Below are positions 48,489 through 59,592 of a stretch of DNA of 64,000 nucleotides, in pieces. The stretch is from assembly GCF_038025025.1 (NCBI RefSeq), contig NW_027117339.1:1302001-1366000 (forward strand), given 5' to 3'. Each line of letters opens with the position of its first letter. Position 1 is the stretch's first letter. Source of the stretch: Phyllosticta citribraziliensis. Lineage: Eukaryota. The notes below the pieces were generated by a model. That model did not search any database. It saw only the letters and a list, made by a program, of their open reading frames with translations, and was not told the DNA's origin. The position numbers and the translations under genes were made by a program.

Positions 48489-51319
48489 GTCGACGAACGC
48501 TTCTTCGACGTCCAAGGGAGTCGTGTTTGGTGGTGTCAGTGGCCAGGACGGACGATGGATGGAAGTTGAGAGGGCTTGGTTGAGCGGAGGACCGCAGATT
48601 TGTCTGACAGTGTGGTAAAGCAGGTGAACGGGTACCTTCCTCATCGGCGTGTTGACGCGCCGCCAGCTTGCGCATTTTGGCCTCACTTGCGCCGAAAAAG
48701 AGGAAGTCGTCCAACTCGGAGCATTCATCCCCCCACCTGCGCACACTACTTGATTCTGACCTTTTTCGTGCCGTCACCTGCTGATCCTTCTCCAGCATCT
48801 CGGTCTACCCTTTTCAACAAGTTTTCTTACTTCAGGCTAGCATGGACTTCAGTAGTCGGAAACGGCGTTCGTGCTCACACTCGCGACCACAGCGAGACTC
48901 CCACTTCGCAGACCTTTTGCAACAGAGAGCCACCAGCAAGAGGGTACACTACGATCGACGTTGAAGCAATCTCAAATCTGTTTTCTCCTTTTCAGGGAAA
49001 TCTTCAACGAGCTGGAGGCGGCGAACTGAGGAAAAAAAGGGTATTCTACGTAATCCTTTCGATCTGATGATGTTGAACGAATAGCTTACGTTGGCGGTTC
49101 CGACACGTAACAATTCCTTGACCACGTCCGTGGAGTGCGTAGATCCAGTGAAAGAGAGGGTAATCAAAAGAAGAGTATTGGAAATTCGGCCAGACGCGCA
49201 AAGAGATATCTCTTCTCTCGGGGCTCAATCTTCTCAAAACCGAGTCTTATCGAAATTCCGCAAATCACATCATCAAAGTACCAGGGTCCGGCTCTACGGT
49301 CAAGCTTTCCACCACGAATGACGACGCTCCTTGCCAACCAGATATTCACATCTGTCTCGCTTTATTTCCCACTACTCAATCAGCGCCGGGTACAACAGAG
49401 CGAGAGTCCGGACACGACAGCCGCGCCGCGCGCCCTCGCGCTTCGAGGGCCAACAACCTTAACTCTTTTTTCGGCCCCTCCCACGGCATCTCCCCAAACG
49501 CTTGCTTGATTCAAAGATATGCAAGCCATCGCCTTTCGATCGGAGACAAGCAAGAGGAGGGGGTAAGTGTTAGCCAAGCTTTCCGTACGCGCAGACAAAA
49601 GCGTGCAGCATGGAAGAACGCTTTGGGCCTGAATATTGGGTGGGACTACTCAGTCCGAGTCTGCGGTGTCCGCCAATAGCAGATTGCGTCTTCCGAAACA
49701 AAAGAAATGCGTTTTGAAATCCATCGAATCTTGTCATCTCGCCTTCTTTCTTGTTTACCCAGGAAAAGAGCGTGTCGCTATTTAGGATAGATGCGCCATC
49801 ATCCAACTCACCATGGCAAAAGTGCGTCTTCTTAGCTATAACGGCGAAGAGACGAACGGAGGAAACGAGAAACTTCGACACGCGACTCTTGAAACGCTGC
49901 TTAGCGGACGGGAGAGACGGTTTGAGTAATTTGCGGCTCCACTCTGCCTTCTCATCATACTCACCTCCCCAGCCCACGGTCTATCCGCGCCCGATCCAAG
50001 CCAATCGCATCATTCTACGCCAAAGCGATCTAAAAGACCGGCAAGCAAATGGACACGATTCAAAATCAAGCAATAATCAAGCACTCCCAATCCACTGATC
50101 GACGAACCAATTGTGGCTTAAAAAAAAAACAATACAACCACTCCTCCTAAAAGGAATCTCCCGCAGGCCAAAGCCGGCGACCAAGCGTGACCCTCGGTGG
50201 ACGGCTATCAGGCGACGAATGGAAGAGCGTGCGTGTGGAAAGGAGCGCGCGTCACACGAACCCGGCTCAGACGCAAACTTTCCAGACGCTCGAGCAGCAG
50301 CAGCAGCAGCAAACTCTAACTGCGTTGGGTGGCGCGCAGCATGAACGCAGCAATCGGTGTCTACAGGCTGGCCGACGGGCGGGAGAGGAAAAAAGACGCG
50401 TGCGATTGTACGGCAGGCCGGCAGGCGTGGAGCTAGCCGCGCCTGTTGTGGAAATTGCTAGCTCTGGGCAGACGAAAGGAAAGTCGGCGAATCCAGTTGG
50501 GCCAAGTATCCGATGCTCGTCGGATGGATGGGGCAAAGGAAATGGAGCGCAGACGGCGACGGACTGCCGGATGCACATCACTGCGATGGATGGTGACTCC
50601 GAGAGCCGACTGATCGACTGGGCCGACGGCCAGATGGAGCGTAGAGAGAAAGTGACGGAAGCCTTGGGACGCGGGTGAGAACCTTCTGCTTCAGTTCGCC
50701 CCGGGGGGCAGTCAGTCGGTCGGTGCAGCGTCGATTGTCAGTCGACTGGCTGGCGCTGGCCGGCTGGCTTGCTGGGTTATGCTGCAGGCGGCCAGAAGTG
50801 GCGCCAGAGAGAAAGGCAAGATTTCAGGTACGAAAGCTACTCTTGCACGGGGCGGACGGTCGACGAAGCTTATCAGACGCCCCTCACTCATCCCAATTCC
50901 CCCCATTCATGGAAGAGCAGGTTCGGGCGCGCGAGCGAGCCAGCCCTCGTGATCTGGACGTCTGCTACTGAATCCCAGATCTACTTTTCGTCGATTATTG
51001 GAAGCAGTTAAGCATACCTGAAAGTGGAGGTCAAGATGTATTGACAAGTGGAAACTGAAGTGCGTAATAAATGATGCTATTAAAAACTACCGTTATGGCA
51101 AGCCATCGTCACTAGTACGACGATGAGAGAAGCGAAGAAAAAGAGTCTGAGACACTTGCCGCCCGCCGTTTCGTTGCTTGCGAGAACAAACGCATAGACC
51201 CGTAGATCTAGGTAGAGCAACATGAACATCGCTAGAACATACATACTTCCTTGCGGAATTCACATACTGCTTTCCCTTGCCCTCGCATGGTAAATATCCC
51301 AATTTCGTGAAACCAATCT

Positions 51320-52063
51320 CTACATACCAAACGCCATGGCCGCAGCGACAGCTCCGGCGGCACCGACCATCTGCCCAATCGCGGCAGTTGCCGCAGCGCC
51401 AGTGAACACAGAGGGAGAAGTGGGCGTGCCGACCGGCGGCGTGTTGTTGCCTCCAGGAGGAATGATGCCAGTGGGGATGGTGACGTTTGGAGTGATGGGA
51501 GGCGTGACGGGGGGCGTCGTGACCGGCGTCGTAGGCGGCGTTGTCACACCAGCGGGAGCTCCAGCACCACCTTCCACATTACCCTGGACTCCACCCTGAG
51601 ATCCACCCTGAACGTTGCCTTGAAGGTTGCAGGCTTGTTTGGCCTTGTCTTGGAGGTCTGTCGATGATGTTAGTACGTTGTTATTTAGCAGTGTGATCAA
51701 GGACGACGCGAAAATGGTGGTGGATAGGTGCAACAGTGATACCGCTCGTCCCTTGAACGCAAGAAAACATGCTGGCGGGTTGACTGGATACGCGGAGGAC
51801 GGCGGAAACTCACCCAAGAGCTGATTTCCTTGGCAGGAACCGGGGTTTTGTGCCAGAGCCTGGACTAGGAAATTCGACACAAACCCGAAGCCAGCTCCGC
51901 AGACGCACTCGTAGTTATCCGCGGGCTTGCACGGGTTTTCGGGCGCTTGCATTGCTTGCTGGAAGTAGGTACCAGCACAAGACTCGGCGATGATTTTGAT
52001 GTCTATGGTGGCAGCCACCAAAGTGCCGAAGAAGGCGAGGGGGACGACGTTGGCGATTCTCAT
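51320..52063 (-). CDS. GPI-anchored cell-surface protein with a degenerate CFEM-like domain
   Basis: Signal peptide MRIANVVPLAFFGTLVAA; 6-Cys domain; P/T-rich stalk; GPI-like tail (FTGAAATAAIGQMVGAAGAVAAAMAFGM). Intron 51813-51658 (GTGAGT...CTAAC...CAG). Confidence 0.8.
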   Translation of the reverse strand: MRIANVVPLAFFGTLVAATIDIKIIAESCAGTYFQQAMQAPENPCKPADNYECVCGAGFGFVSNFLVQALAQNPGSCQGNQLLGEFPPSSAYPVNPPACFLAFKGRAVSLLHLSTTIFASSLITLLNNNVLTSSTDLQDKAKQACNLQGNVQGGSQGGVQGNVEGGAGAPAGVTTPPTTPVTTPPVTPPITPNVTIPTGIIPPGGNNTPPVGTPTSPSVFTGAAATAAIGQMVGAAGAVAAAMAFGM

Positions 52064-53486
52064 TTTCGTTGGTCGACCTTTGATGGAGGTGAAATGGCAG
52101 AACGACTGGAAGAGTTGTCAAGTGACAGGCAGGACCAGAATTTCAAGCGAACGTATGGGCGGCTGTAGGTGGAAGGTAAGAAGTGGGAAGGGCGAGAAGA
52201 TTTATACCGGCATCCGATAACGTTACGAGGTGCATGGTTGCCGTGCCAAGGTAGAGGCTGGTCTTTGAATCAGAATCTTGGGTACACCGGGTGACTTGAA
52301 GCTACGTTTGGCTGTCATTTTGCTTGGTTCCGAGCGAAGCCAATGCCGGAACGAGCGCAAAGGTGGTGTTTACGGCGCAGCGGTGGGTACCTGACAATCG
52401 AGCAACCCATTTCCTTGCCCGATCTATTCCGAAAGTGGTAACTATCCAGCCTCGAAGACGCCCTACCCGGCAACGACGACGACGTGTCAAAGCAATTGAT
52501 CGAACTGCCTGCCACCAATGCCGTTGGCAGTGCCGGTGGCAGCATCGGCGCCATGGTAGCCTGCAGTGCACAGACAGGGCTCGGCGAAGGCTTCCTGTCC
52601 AATGAGTAAGTTTGGAGACGTGAAGTTGTAGGCAGAAAACTATAAACCTGTCTTCCGAAATTGGACCGACCGCAACCTGTGTCCCGGGAGACGCAGTGAC
52701 GATGTTGGCTGAGGATAAAAATAGAGTTCAGCTTCAAGAAACATCTGCATCTGCAAGCAACCCAGCATTTCGAAGCGCAAGACAGTTCTCGCTCCGGCGG
52801 CATGCCCGTCATCAGCAAGAGTGGTCTGTTCAGCGTGGAATGAAACGCCAATCTGCGGATCGCAAACACCCTCAAGAAGTCCGTTTCGTCTCGAGCTTTG
52901 ATGTTGTGTGGGTGTGACTCGACGCAAGCTTAGCTTTGAGTCGGCATGCGGTGGTTGACGGCAATTACCCCAAAGTAAGGCGTCCGGAGTAACTGCTGCA
53001 GCTGTTGAGAGCCAATAGCTTGCGCCATCTCCATCATTTGAATTTTCAACGTCCGGGTCGCTGCTGCCGGTGTCGACATCCAACAGTGTGCAACTCCGCC
53101 TGGAGTGGATGGTCCATGTCAAGGGTAGTGCGCTGCGCCCATCACCGCTGGTAAACTCGGCTGTGCATGTTGATCCCCGGCGAGCTGACAATCCCCAGGT
53201 GGCGTAGAGGTGGTGGAAAGATGGCGAGGCAACGACAGGTGAGGCATCGTCGGCGCGGGAGGGCATCGAAGATTGTTGGCGGGGTTGGGCTTAAGGTTGA
53301 CGTCCAGACTGGGTATCGCTGTAAAAATCGACGAATGTCATTCGCAATGACGCGTCGGCCCTTTGAGCTTATTCACTGCAGCGCAAATAGGGATCACAAC
53401 TGTCCCAGACGCTCTCCTCGGTGTCATGGCAATCAGACACGTCGGCGCTTGTCGCATCGTCGCTTAACCGCACATCAAAGTCAGTA

Positions 53487-54306
53487 ATGTTCCAATCAAA
53501 AACGATTAGCTCCTTCGCCCTCCTTGCTCTCAGTGCCCTTTGTCCTGGATGGGGCAACCCGGATTCAAACTTCAAAGTTAAACGGGTGAGTGTCGTATCT
53601 TGACACGTCCAAGCACGAAACTTTCTTCTCAAAGCTGTTTTATAAGAGATTGTGAACAAGAGCGAACTGCACATACCTGTAATGACCTCATCTTGACGCT
53701 TGGTTATAGGGCCTACCTAATGTCGCTCCGAATCTCGAGCGGCGCGCTGCACATCCTGTCGAAATAGTGCAGCCGCAAAACAATGATCCCAATGTTCCGG
53801 ATTATATCGGTGCTATCCCTCCTGTTCCGGATGCGAAAAACGAAGTAGATGATGCTGTCGAGGCACAAAGACACGACTATTCGCCAGACGAAGATGCCCC
53901 TATTCTCAATGCCGGCGCACCTCCGCCCGAGGCGAATCCGCCCGATGAAGAAGGATTGCCCCCCATGACCGAGGGTACTCCCCTCAAGAACATTCCCACG
54001 GGGACTGTCAATGAGACTGGTCTCGTCGGATCGTATACGACACCAGGTGTGGCTGTTCCAACTACAACCGAGGGGGCAAATTTTAGCATCAGCGTGAGCA
54101 CAAGCGGCACCGTTGAGATTTCTGTGACGGTGTCCGTAAACACGACTGGAACCAGGCCGTTTGTCGCCACGGCAACTGGAACTGCAGGCAACAGAACTTC
54201 CCACGGGATACCGTCAGAGAAGATGATTGGGGCTTCCAACAATCTATGGATTGTCTTTGGCACGCTCTGGATGGGCCTGGGCGCCGGCGCTGGATTGTTT
54301 TGGTAA
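53487..54306 (+). CDS. Secreted or GPI-anchored P/T-rich protein, unknown family
   Basis: Exon 53487-53585 (signal peptide MFQSKTISSFALLALSALC...VKR), intron 53586-53709 (GTGAGT...TTATAG), exon 53710-54306 in frame with the 53767 ORF. Hydrophobic C-terminus SNNLWIVFGTLWMGLGAGAGLFW. Confidence 0.65.
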
Positions 54307-54648
54307 CATGCGAATCTTGGAACTAGGAGACTGTGATTGAGCAACGCGACCAAAGCGTGACAGACATGGTGAGAAAATGGAATAATGAAGCGGAAGATTG
54401 GATGAAAATGTACTTAGAGGAAGCGTGGTTACATCGATCCGATTGAGGAACCCTCCCAAAATGATGACACTTCCTTACCACTTGCGTACTGAACTCGGAG
54501 ATGATCTTCGTGATACAAACATCATCACCATGAGTGGAAACCCCTTGTGTCTAAAGACCTGCAGTATTCAGTTCACGTTTCCAGGCACATACCACCGCTT
54601 GCCAAGCTTCGTTCGGCATTGGATATCTTGCAAGCCGACGTTGCTTAC

Positions 54649-55665
54649 TCATATTTTCTCTGCTTCATCTAGGACTTCGTTCACCCTGAACGCGCTGTCA
54701 CCACGAGTGAACATTTCTAGGAGCTTCTTGCGGCTGCCTCCAGCTTCTTCAGCTTGCAAGCCATAGAATTTCTGTAGGCACATGAGCAACCATTTCCCTT
54801 CGTCTACCGACACACCACGATGGGGCATGACGTTGCCTTGGACAAGGACAAGACCCTTGGAACCGGCCATATCGGCGTGGAAAGAGACGGTCGTGTGTGG
54901 CGAAGAATATTCAGCGCGAAGCTTGTATTCGGCGAGGTGGGTGAAGAGCACCGTCGTGGTGTTTTCGGTGGGAAAGGTCCATTGCATAAAATGAATTTCG
55001 GCGCCTTGCTCTCCATTAGTTTCCCGCGGTAGGGGAAGAATGAACTGCGGGTGGCGGCGCGCGTTGTGATGGATGTTTTCCCACACGTCGGTAGTAAGGG
55101 CAGCACAGAGAGACTGCGAGTTACTGGCATGCCTAAGACGCCACAAGACTTCGATTTCCTTTTCAGGCAGGTCGGCAGTTTTTTGAACGTCGATGAAAGA
55201 GTCGAGGGTCTTTACGCCGGGTGGCGTCTTGGAGCCCGAAGCCGAGGGCTGCGTCGGGGGAGGTGGCGGAGTGAATGGCGGCGGGTTGGGTTGGGACGAA
55301 GCAGACGAGATTGCTGACTGCTGCTCAGGCGTCAACGGTGCCGTAGCGCCAGGGACAGAGGCCTTCTTTCGCAAGTCGTCGATTTTGTCCTTGTATGCTT
55401 GCTTGAGCTCGCCAATGTCCTTTTTGCCCTCTCTGTCAGCCCAGTGTCAGCCTCGGTGACCAGAGGTTTTTTGTATGACATGGCCCTACTCTTTCGCCTT
55501 GCGCTCCAGCTTCTCCTTGTACTTTGCCAGAACGCGTTCTTGGGTGCCGTGGGTCGCGAGGAAGCGCACGTCGTGGACTTGGGCCCATCGTCGGTGAGCG
55601 AAGCGAGGGACGGTCAATGGCCTTGTGAGGAAGTGCCGAACAGCGGGGACCCGAGCGGACGCCAT
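54649..55665 (-). CDS. ATP11: Mitochondrial F1-ATPase assembly chaperone Atp11
   Basis: Exons 55665-55490 and 55432-54649. Arg-rich presequence; KYKEKLERKAKEEG; KTLDSFID..K, IEVLWRLRH, HPQFILPLPR, GAEIHFMQW, LFTHLAEYK, LQKFYG. Confidence 0.92.
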
Positions 55666-56426
55666 GATGCGAGATGGGGTGGTTGGAATGATAGGACATT
55701 CTCTGGGTGCTTCGACTCGGAAATACCTACACGACAATGACGCCGTTCCGTTCCATGTCCGTAGCTTATCGCCGCAGTTATCGCCACGTGACTGTGGACG
55801 GAACCGGAATGGGCCGCGGGGCGGGAGTCGAGATGGGTGCTGCAGATGGAGCGGAACGACGAATGTAGGTTGTTTTAAGCTATGCCTGTAAGCATCTGGA
55901 TGAAATCATGTCGCATCGTGTGTGGCTGAAGTGACTGCTGAACCCCCCAGCTCACTTCTCGCCCTGTCACAAATGAGCCGATGAGGCCTACTTCTCGGTC
56001 GTGATTGGCTGCCTCGATCGCCTTCACGCAGGAGGCTGCATCTGTACGCTGCGAGGGCCAAAGAAGCTTTGGATTTGAGGCTTTCGGTTTTTTTTTCTTT
56101 TCTTTTCTTTTTCCACATTACGCCTGGCCAGACGACGGCCACATAAAACGGCTGCCGAAGACGTTGAGAATACAAAGTCGCACCGCAACGGTCCACGGCA
56201 GTCTTGGTTCCTGACCTGACAGGAGCGAGTGCTGCGCCGATCACCGCTTCCAGGTCCCTGCGGTGCTCTGCTGCGGCCAGGGACAACCCCAGATTTCCCA
56301 CCGACTTTCTCCATTTCTTTCTTCTCCAGCACCTCATTCTCTTGCTCTCCGCCTTTGTCTACCTTAGCATACCTCCCCCGCCATTGCCAATCTCGCAAGG
56401 CCACCTGCTGCGCCAGGGCCTAGACA

Positions 56427-58075
56427 ATGACCGCCGCCGCCGACGCGACTCTCGCCGTCGACACGTCTCAACTCAAAAAGACCGACACCGACAGTGAAAC
56501 CTCCGTACAGTCCCCAGACTCGCTCGCGAGCATCATGGCAGCTTCAGAGCTGAATGGAAACGGCGTCGTCAACCACGCGCGGACAAGCTCCACCCGCCGG
56601 AATTCGCTGCCTCTCATGCCTCCTTTCATGGTCTCTGCTCCAGGCAAAGTCATAGTCTATGGAGAGCACGCCGTCGTCCACGGCAAGGCAAGCCGCCCTC
56701 CCGCCATGCCTGTTGATCTGTCGCTAACATGTCACAGGCTGCCATTGCTGCTGCCATCTCTTTGCGCTCATATCTGCTCGTTAGCTTCCTCTCCAAATCC
56801 AAGCGCACCGTCTCATTGCGCTTCCCCGACATTGACCTCAACCACACCTGGAACATAGATGACCTGCCTTGGTCAATTTTCTCTGCCCCGGACAAAAAGA
56901 AATACTACTACGACCTTGTCACCTCCCTAGACCAAGACCTTGTCGACGCGCTGCAGCCGCATATCAAAGTCGTGTCGCAAGACCTGCCCGAGTCGATTCG
57001 CAAGATTCACCAGGCTTCCGCGAGCGCCTTCCTCTACCTTTTCCTCTCGCTCGGCTCTTCACGATCTTCGCCTTGTGTCTACACTCTTCGTTCCACCATA
57101 CCTATCGGCGCAGGCTTGGGAAGCAGCGCAAGTATTGGAGTCTGTCTGGCTGCGTCACTGCTACTCCAGATCAGAGCTCTGAGTGGCCCTCACCCAGACC
57201 AACCTTCTGCAGAGTCTGAAGTCCAGATTGAACGTATCAACAGATGGGCTTTTGTTGCGGAAATGTGCATTCATGGAAATCCCTCTGGCGTCGACAACAC
57301 TGTTTCGAGTGGCGGCAAGGCTGTCTTGTTCCGGAGGGAAGACTACGCAAAGCCACCCACCGTTATCCCTCTGCGCGACTTTCCGGAGCTCCCTCTTCTT
57401 CTCGTCAACACACGTCAATCGCGTAGCACAGCTATCGAAGTAGCCAAGGTCGGCACCTTGAGAAAGACCCATCCCGTCATCGCTTCGCATTTGCTAAATG
57501 CCATCAACGACGTCACCGAGTCTGCACACTCGCTCATCAGCCAGGAAAATTTCAATGCCCAGGATCCTGCGTCGTTGCAGCATCTCGGTGAGCTGATTTC
57601 AATCAACCATGGTCTCCTCGTCTCTCTTGGCGTCTCGCATCCCAAGTTGGAACGCATCCGAGCCCTCATTGACCACACCGGGATCGGGTGGACAAAGTTG
57701 ACCGGGGCGGGTGGTGGTGGATGCGCCATCACGATTTTGAAACCAGAAGCCAGCGGACGCGAGCCCTCATTAAACGGCGAGGGGGAGAAACTGGCCGAGA
57801 AGAGTGTCGTCCTGAGCAACCTCGAACGAAAGCTCGAGAGCGAAGGATTTGAAAAATTCGAAACAACCTTGGCCGGTGATGGTGTTGGTGTGCTATGGCC
57901 GGCAGTGTTGCACAATGGTTCGAGTGAGGAAGGAGGTGAGGAGATTGATCAGGAGAAGTTCCTCAGAGCTGAGGGCAACGCCGGAATCGAGCAGCTTGTC
58001 GGCGTCAACATTCGTTTGCCAGAAGGCGAAGGAGAAGGTGGTGTCAGGGAGGGTTGGAAGTTCTGGAGGCCGTAA
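56427..58075 (+). CDS. ERG12: Mevalonate kinase
   Basis: Exons 56427-56687 and 56738-58075 (GC-AG intron); the start could instead be 56535. GHMP motifs: SAPGKVIVYGEHAVVHGK|AAIA, PIGAGLGSSAS, HGNPSGVDN, KLTGAGGGGC. Confidence 0.95.
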
Positions 58076-58283
58076 CGACACGACCTAATGAGACCGACGT
58101 GTTCACGAAAAAAGACGTCTTGAAGCAGCATACTAGGACACGGCGATTTGGCACAATTCCTCAATTTCTCCAGCGAGTCCTTCTTTTCCACGCTGGCTTG
58201 TACTGCTCTTTTCCCTTCTTGTCGAAGTCTACGGTATAGCTGTAAATAATAGAACTTTTGTAATGGTTTCCAACACAACAAGG

Positions 58284-59168
58284 TCAGTGCAATTCGTACC
58301 GCACTTCTATCGCATCTTTGCTGTCTCCCCAAACCTTGTCCACATCCAGGCGCAACTCGAGCTCACCAAAATAGTTGGGACTCTCCGATGCCTTCACAAA
58401 GCCCAACTTCTCGAATAGCCTCACGCTCCTCGCGTTCTCCGCACCAATCTTGACCCGCAGATAGCTTAAGCGAGCACCACGCTTGGATTGGTCGCCCAAC
58501 GACGCGACGAACTCGCCCAGCACAGCGTCCAAATTGCGCCGCACGTACGTCAAGAATGCCTGCAGCACAGCGTGACCGAAGCCCTGGCCCTGGTGCGCCT
58601 TGGAAGCCACCATGATCTCGACCTCGCCAATCACGGGCACAGCCGTCGCCGCCGCCTCACCGACGTCCCGCGCTGCTTGCTGCCGCGCGCCATGCGCTTC
58701 CTCGTCCTCTACCTCCTCTTCCTCTGCCTCATCGTCCTCGACCAAAAACAAATTAACGTCTCCAATCATAGCCGCCGGCGCGTCGTGCTTGGTCCCCTGC
58801 ACAGCGGGCTCGGCCTCGGGCTCTTCTGCAGACAGCGCGGGCAGGACGGGGGCGGTGCAGGCGATGAAAGTCAGTTTGTCGGCGTCGCCGCGCCACGATG
58901 CTTGCATGGCGTACTCCTCGTCGAGCGTCAGTGGCTCCGATGCTGTGGCCTCGCGCAGCTCGGCATCTTGCATCCACTCATGGTAGGTGGGAACATGGTG
59001 AGGTGAGTACGGGACGAGGAGCGTCCGCGGGGTGAGAATGGCTGTTGGCCGTTTCGCGTCAGTCTTTCCTCGTCTGTCTGGAGTTGTGCTGGGGATGCGG
59101 GACGACTGGACAAGGATTGAGTAAGTCGGGGGGCGGGCAGACTTGCCGGTGTGCTCGTTCAATCGCAT
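58284..59168 (-). CDS. NAT9: GNAT family N-acetyltransferase, NAT9-like
   Basis: Exons 59168-59147 and 59041-58284 (GC-AG intron). Motifs: MRLNEHT|AILTPRTLLVPY..HHVPTYHEWM, TASEPLTLDEEYAMQASW..DADKLTFI, MIGDVNLF, GEVEIMVA, VKIG..N..S..LFEKLGF. Confidence 0.88.
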   Translation of the reverse strand: MRLNEHTGKSARPPTYSILVQSSRIPSTTPDRRGKTDAKRPTAILTPRTLLVPYSPHHVPTYHEWMQDAELREATASEPLTLDEEYAMQASWRGDADKLTFIACTAPVLPALSAEEPEAEPAVQGTKHDAPAAMIGDVNLFLVEDDEAEEEEVEDEEAHGARQQAARDVGEAAATAVPVIGEVEIMVASKAHQGQGFGHAVLQAFLTYVRRNLDAVLGEFVASLGDQSKRGARLSYLRVKIGAENARSVRLFEKLGFVKASESPNYFGELELRLDVDKVWGDSKDAIEVRYELH

Positions 59169-59401
59169 GATTGGTGGACTTCTGCGCTGCTCGATTGGCG
59201 AGGTGCACTCCTTGCGACTGACTTGGTGTTGGAAATTTTTGGTGCAGAGATGAGGTTGCAGGCCGAAGTCGGCGATCGGTTGGCGTGGAACGACTTGGTG
59301 CCGAGGATGACAGAGGAACTCTGGATCCTCGAGGACTTTTCCTACCATCCACAACCTCCATCCTCATAACGAGACTCCTGGCCCGTGTTCGACCGTGATA
59401 G

Positions 59402-59411
59402 ATGACGTCAT
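59402..59411. promoter_or_regulatory. Perfect CRE/ATF palindrome ATGACGTCAT in the NAT9 / ERG26-like divergent promoter
   Basis: Motif match only, in a 424-bp head-to-head intergenic region. Confidence 0.35.
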
Positions 59412-59592
59412 GTTGTAGCCGTCGGCCGTGCTGCTTGGTGCTGGTGGTGCGAAACCCTGCCCAAATTGGAACCCAGCACGCAGGTCTCATCCCCAACCTC
59501 CTCGAGCCGAACCGTCTCGTCCTCGCCTGAAACCCAATTTCTGCCGTCTCAAAAGACCCTGACCCAATCGATCGAGTCCACGTTGTCAACCC

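Noticed and set aside
48949..49977. Minus-strand ORFs (49570-49977, 48949-49167) as a gene or as upstream exons of the PIP-box gene
   Set aside because: No frame-consistent splice chain and no recognisable motifs.
52640..53266. 208-aa minus-strand ORF between the two GPI-type genes
   Set aside because: No motif, signal peptide or splice support; composition is compatible with chance.
58152..58286. Readthrough extension after the NAT9 stop (TGA CCT)
   Set aside because: The extension ends ...RWRN, with no targeting signal, and the context is not the UGA-CU leaky motif.
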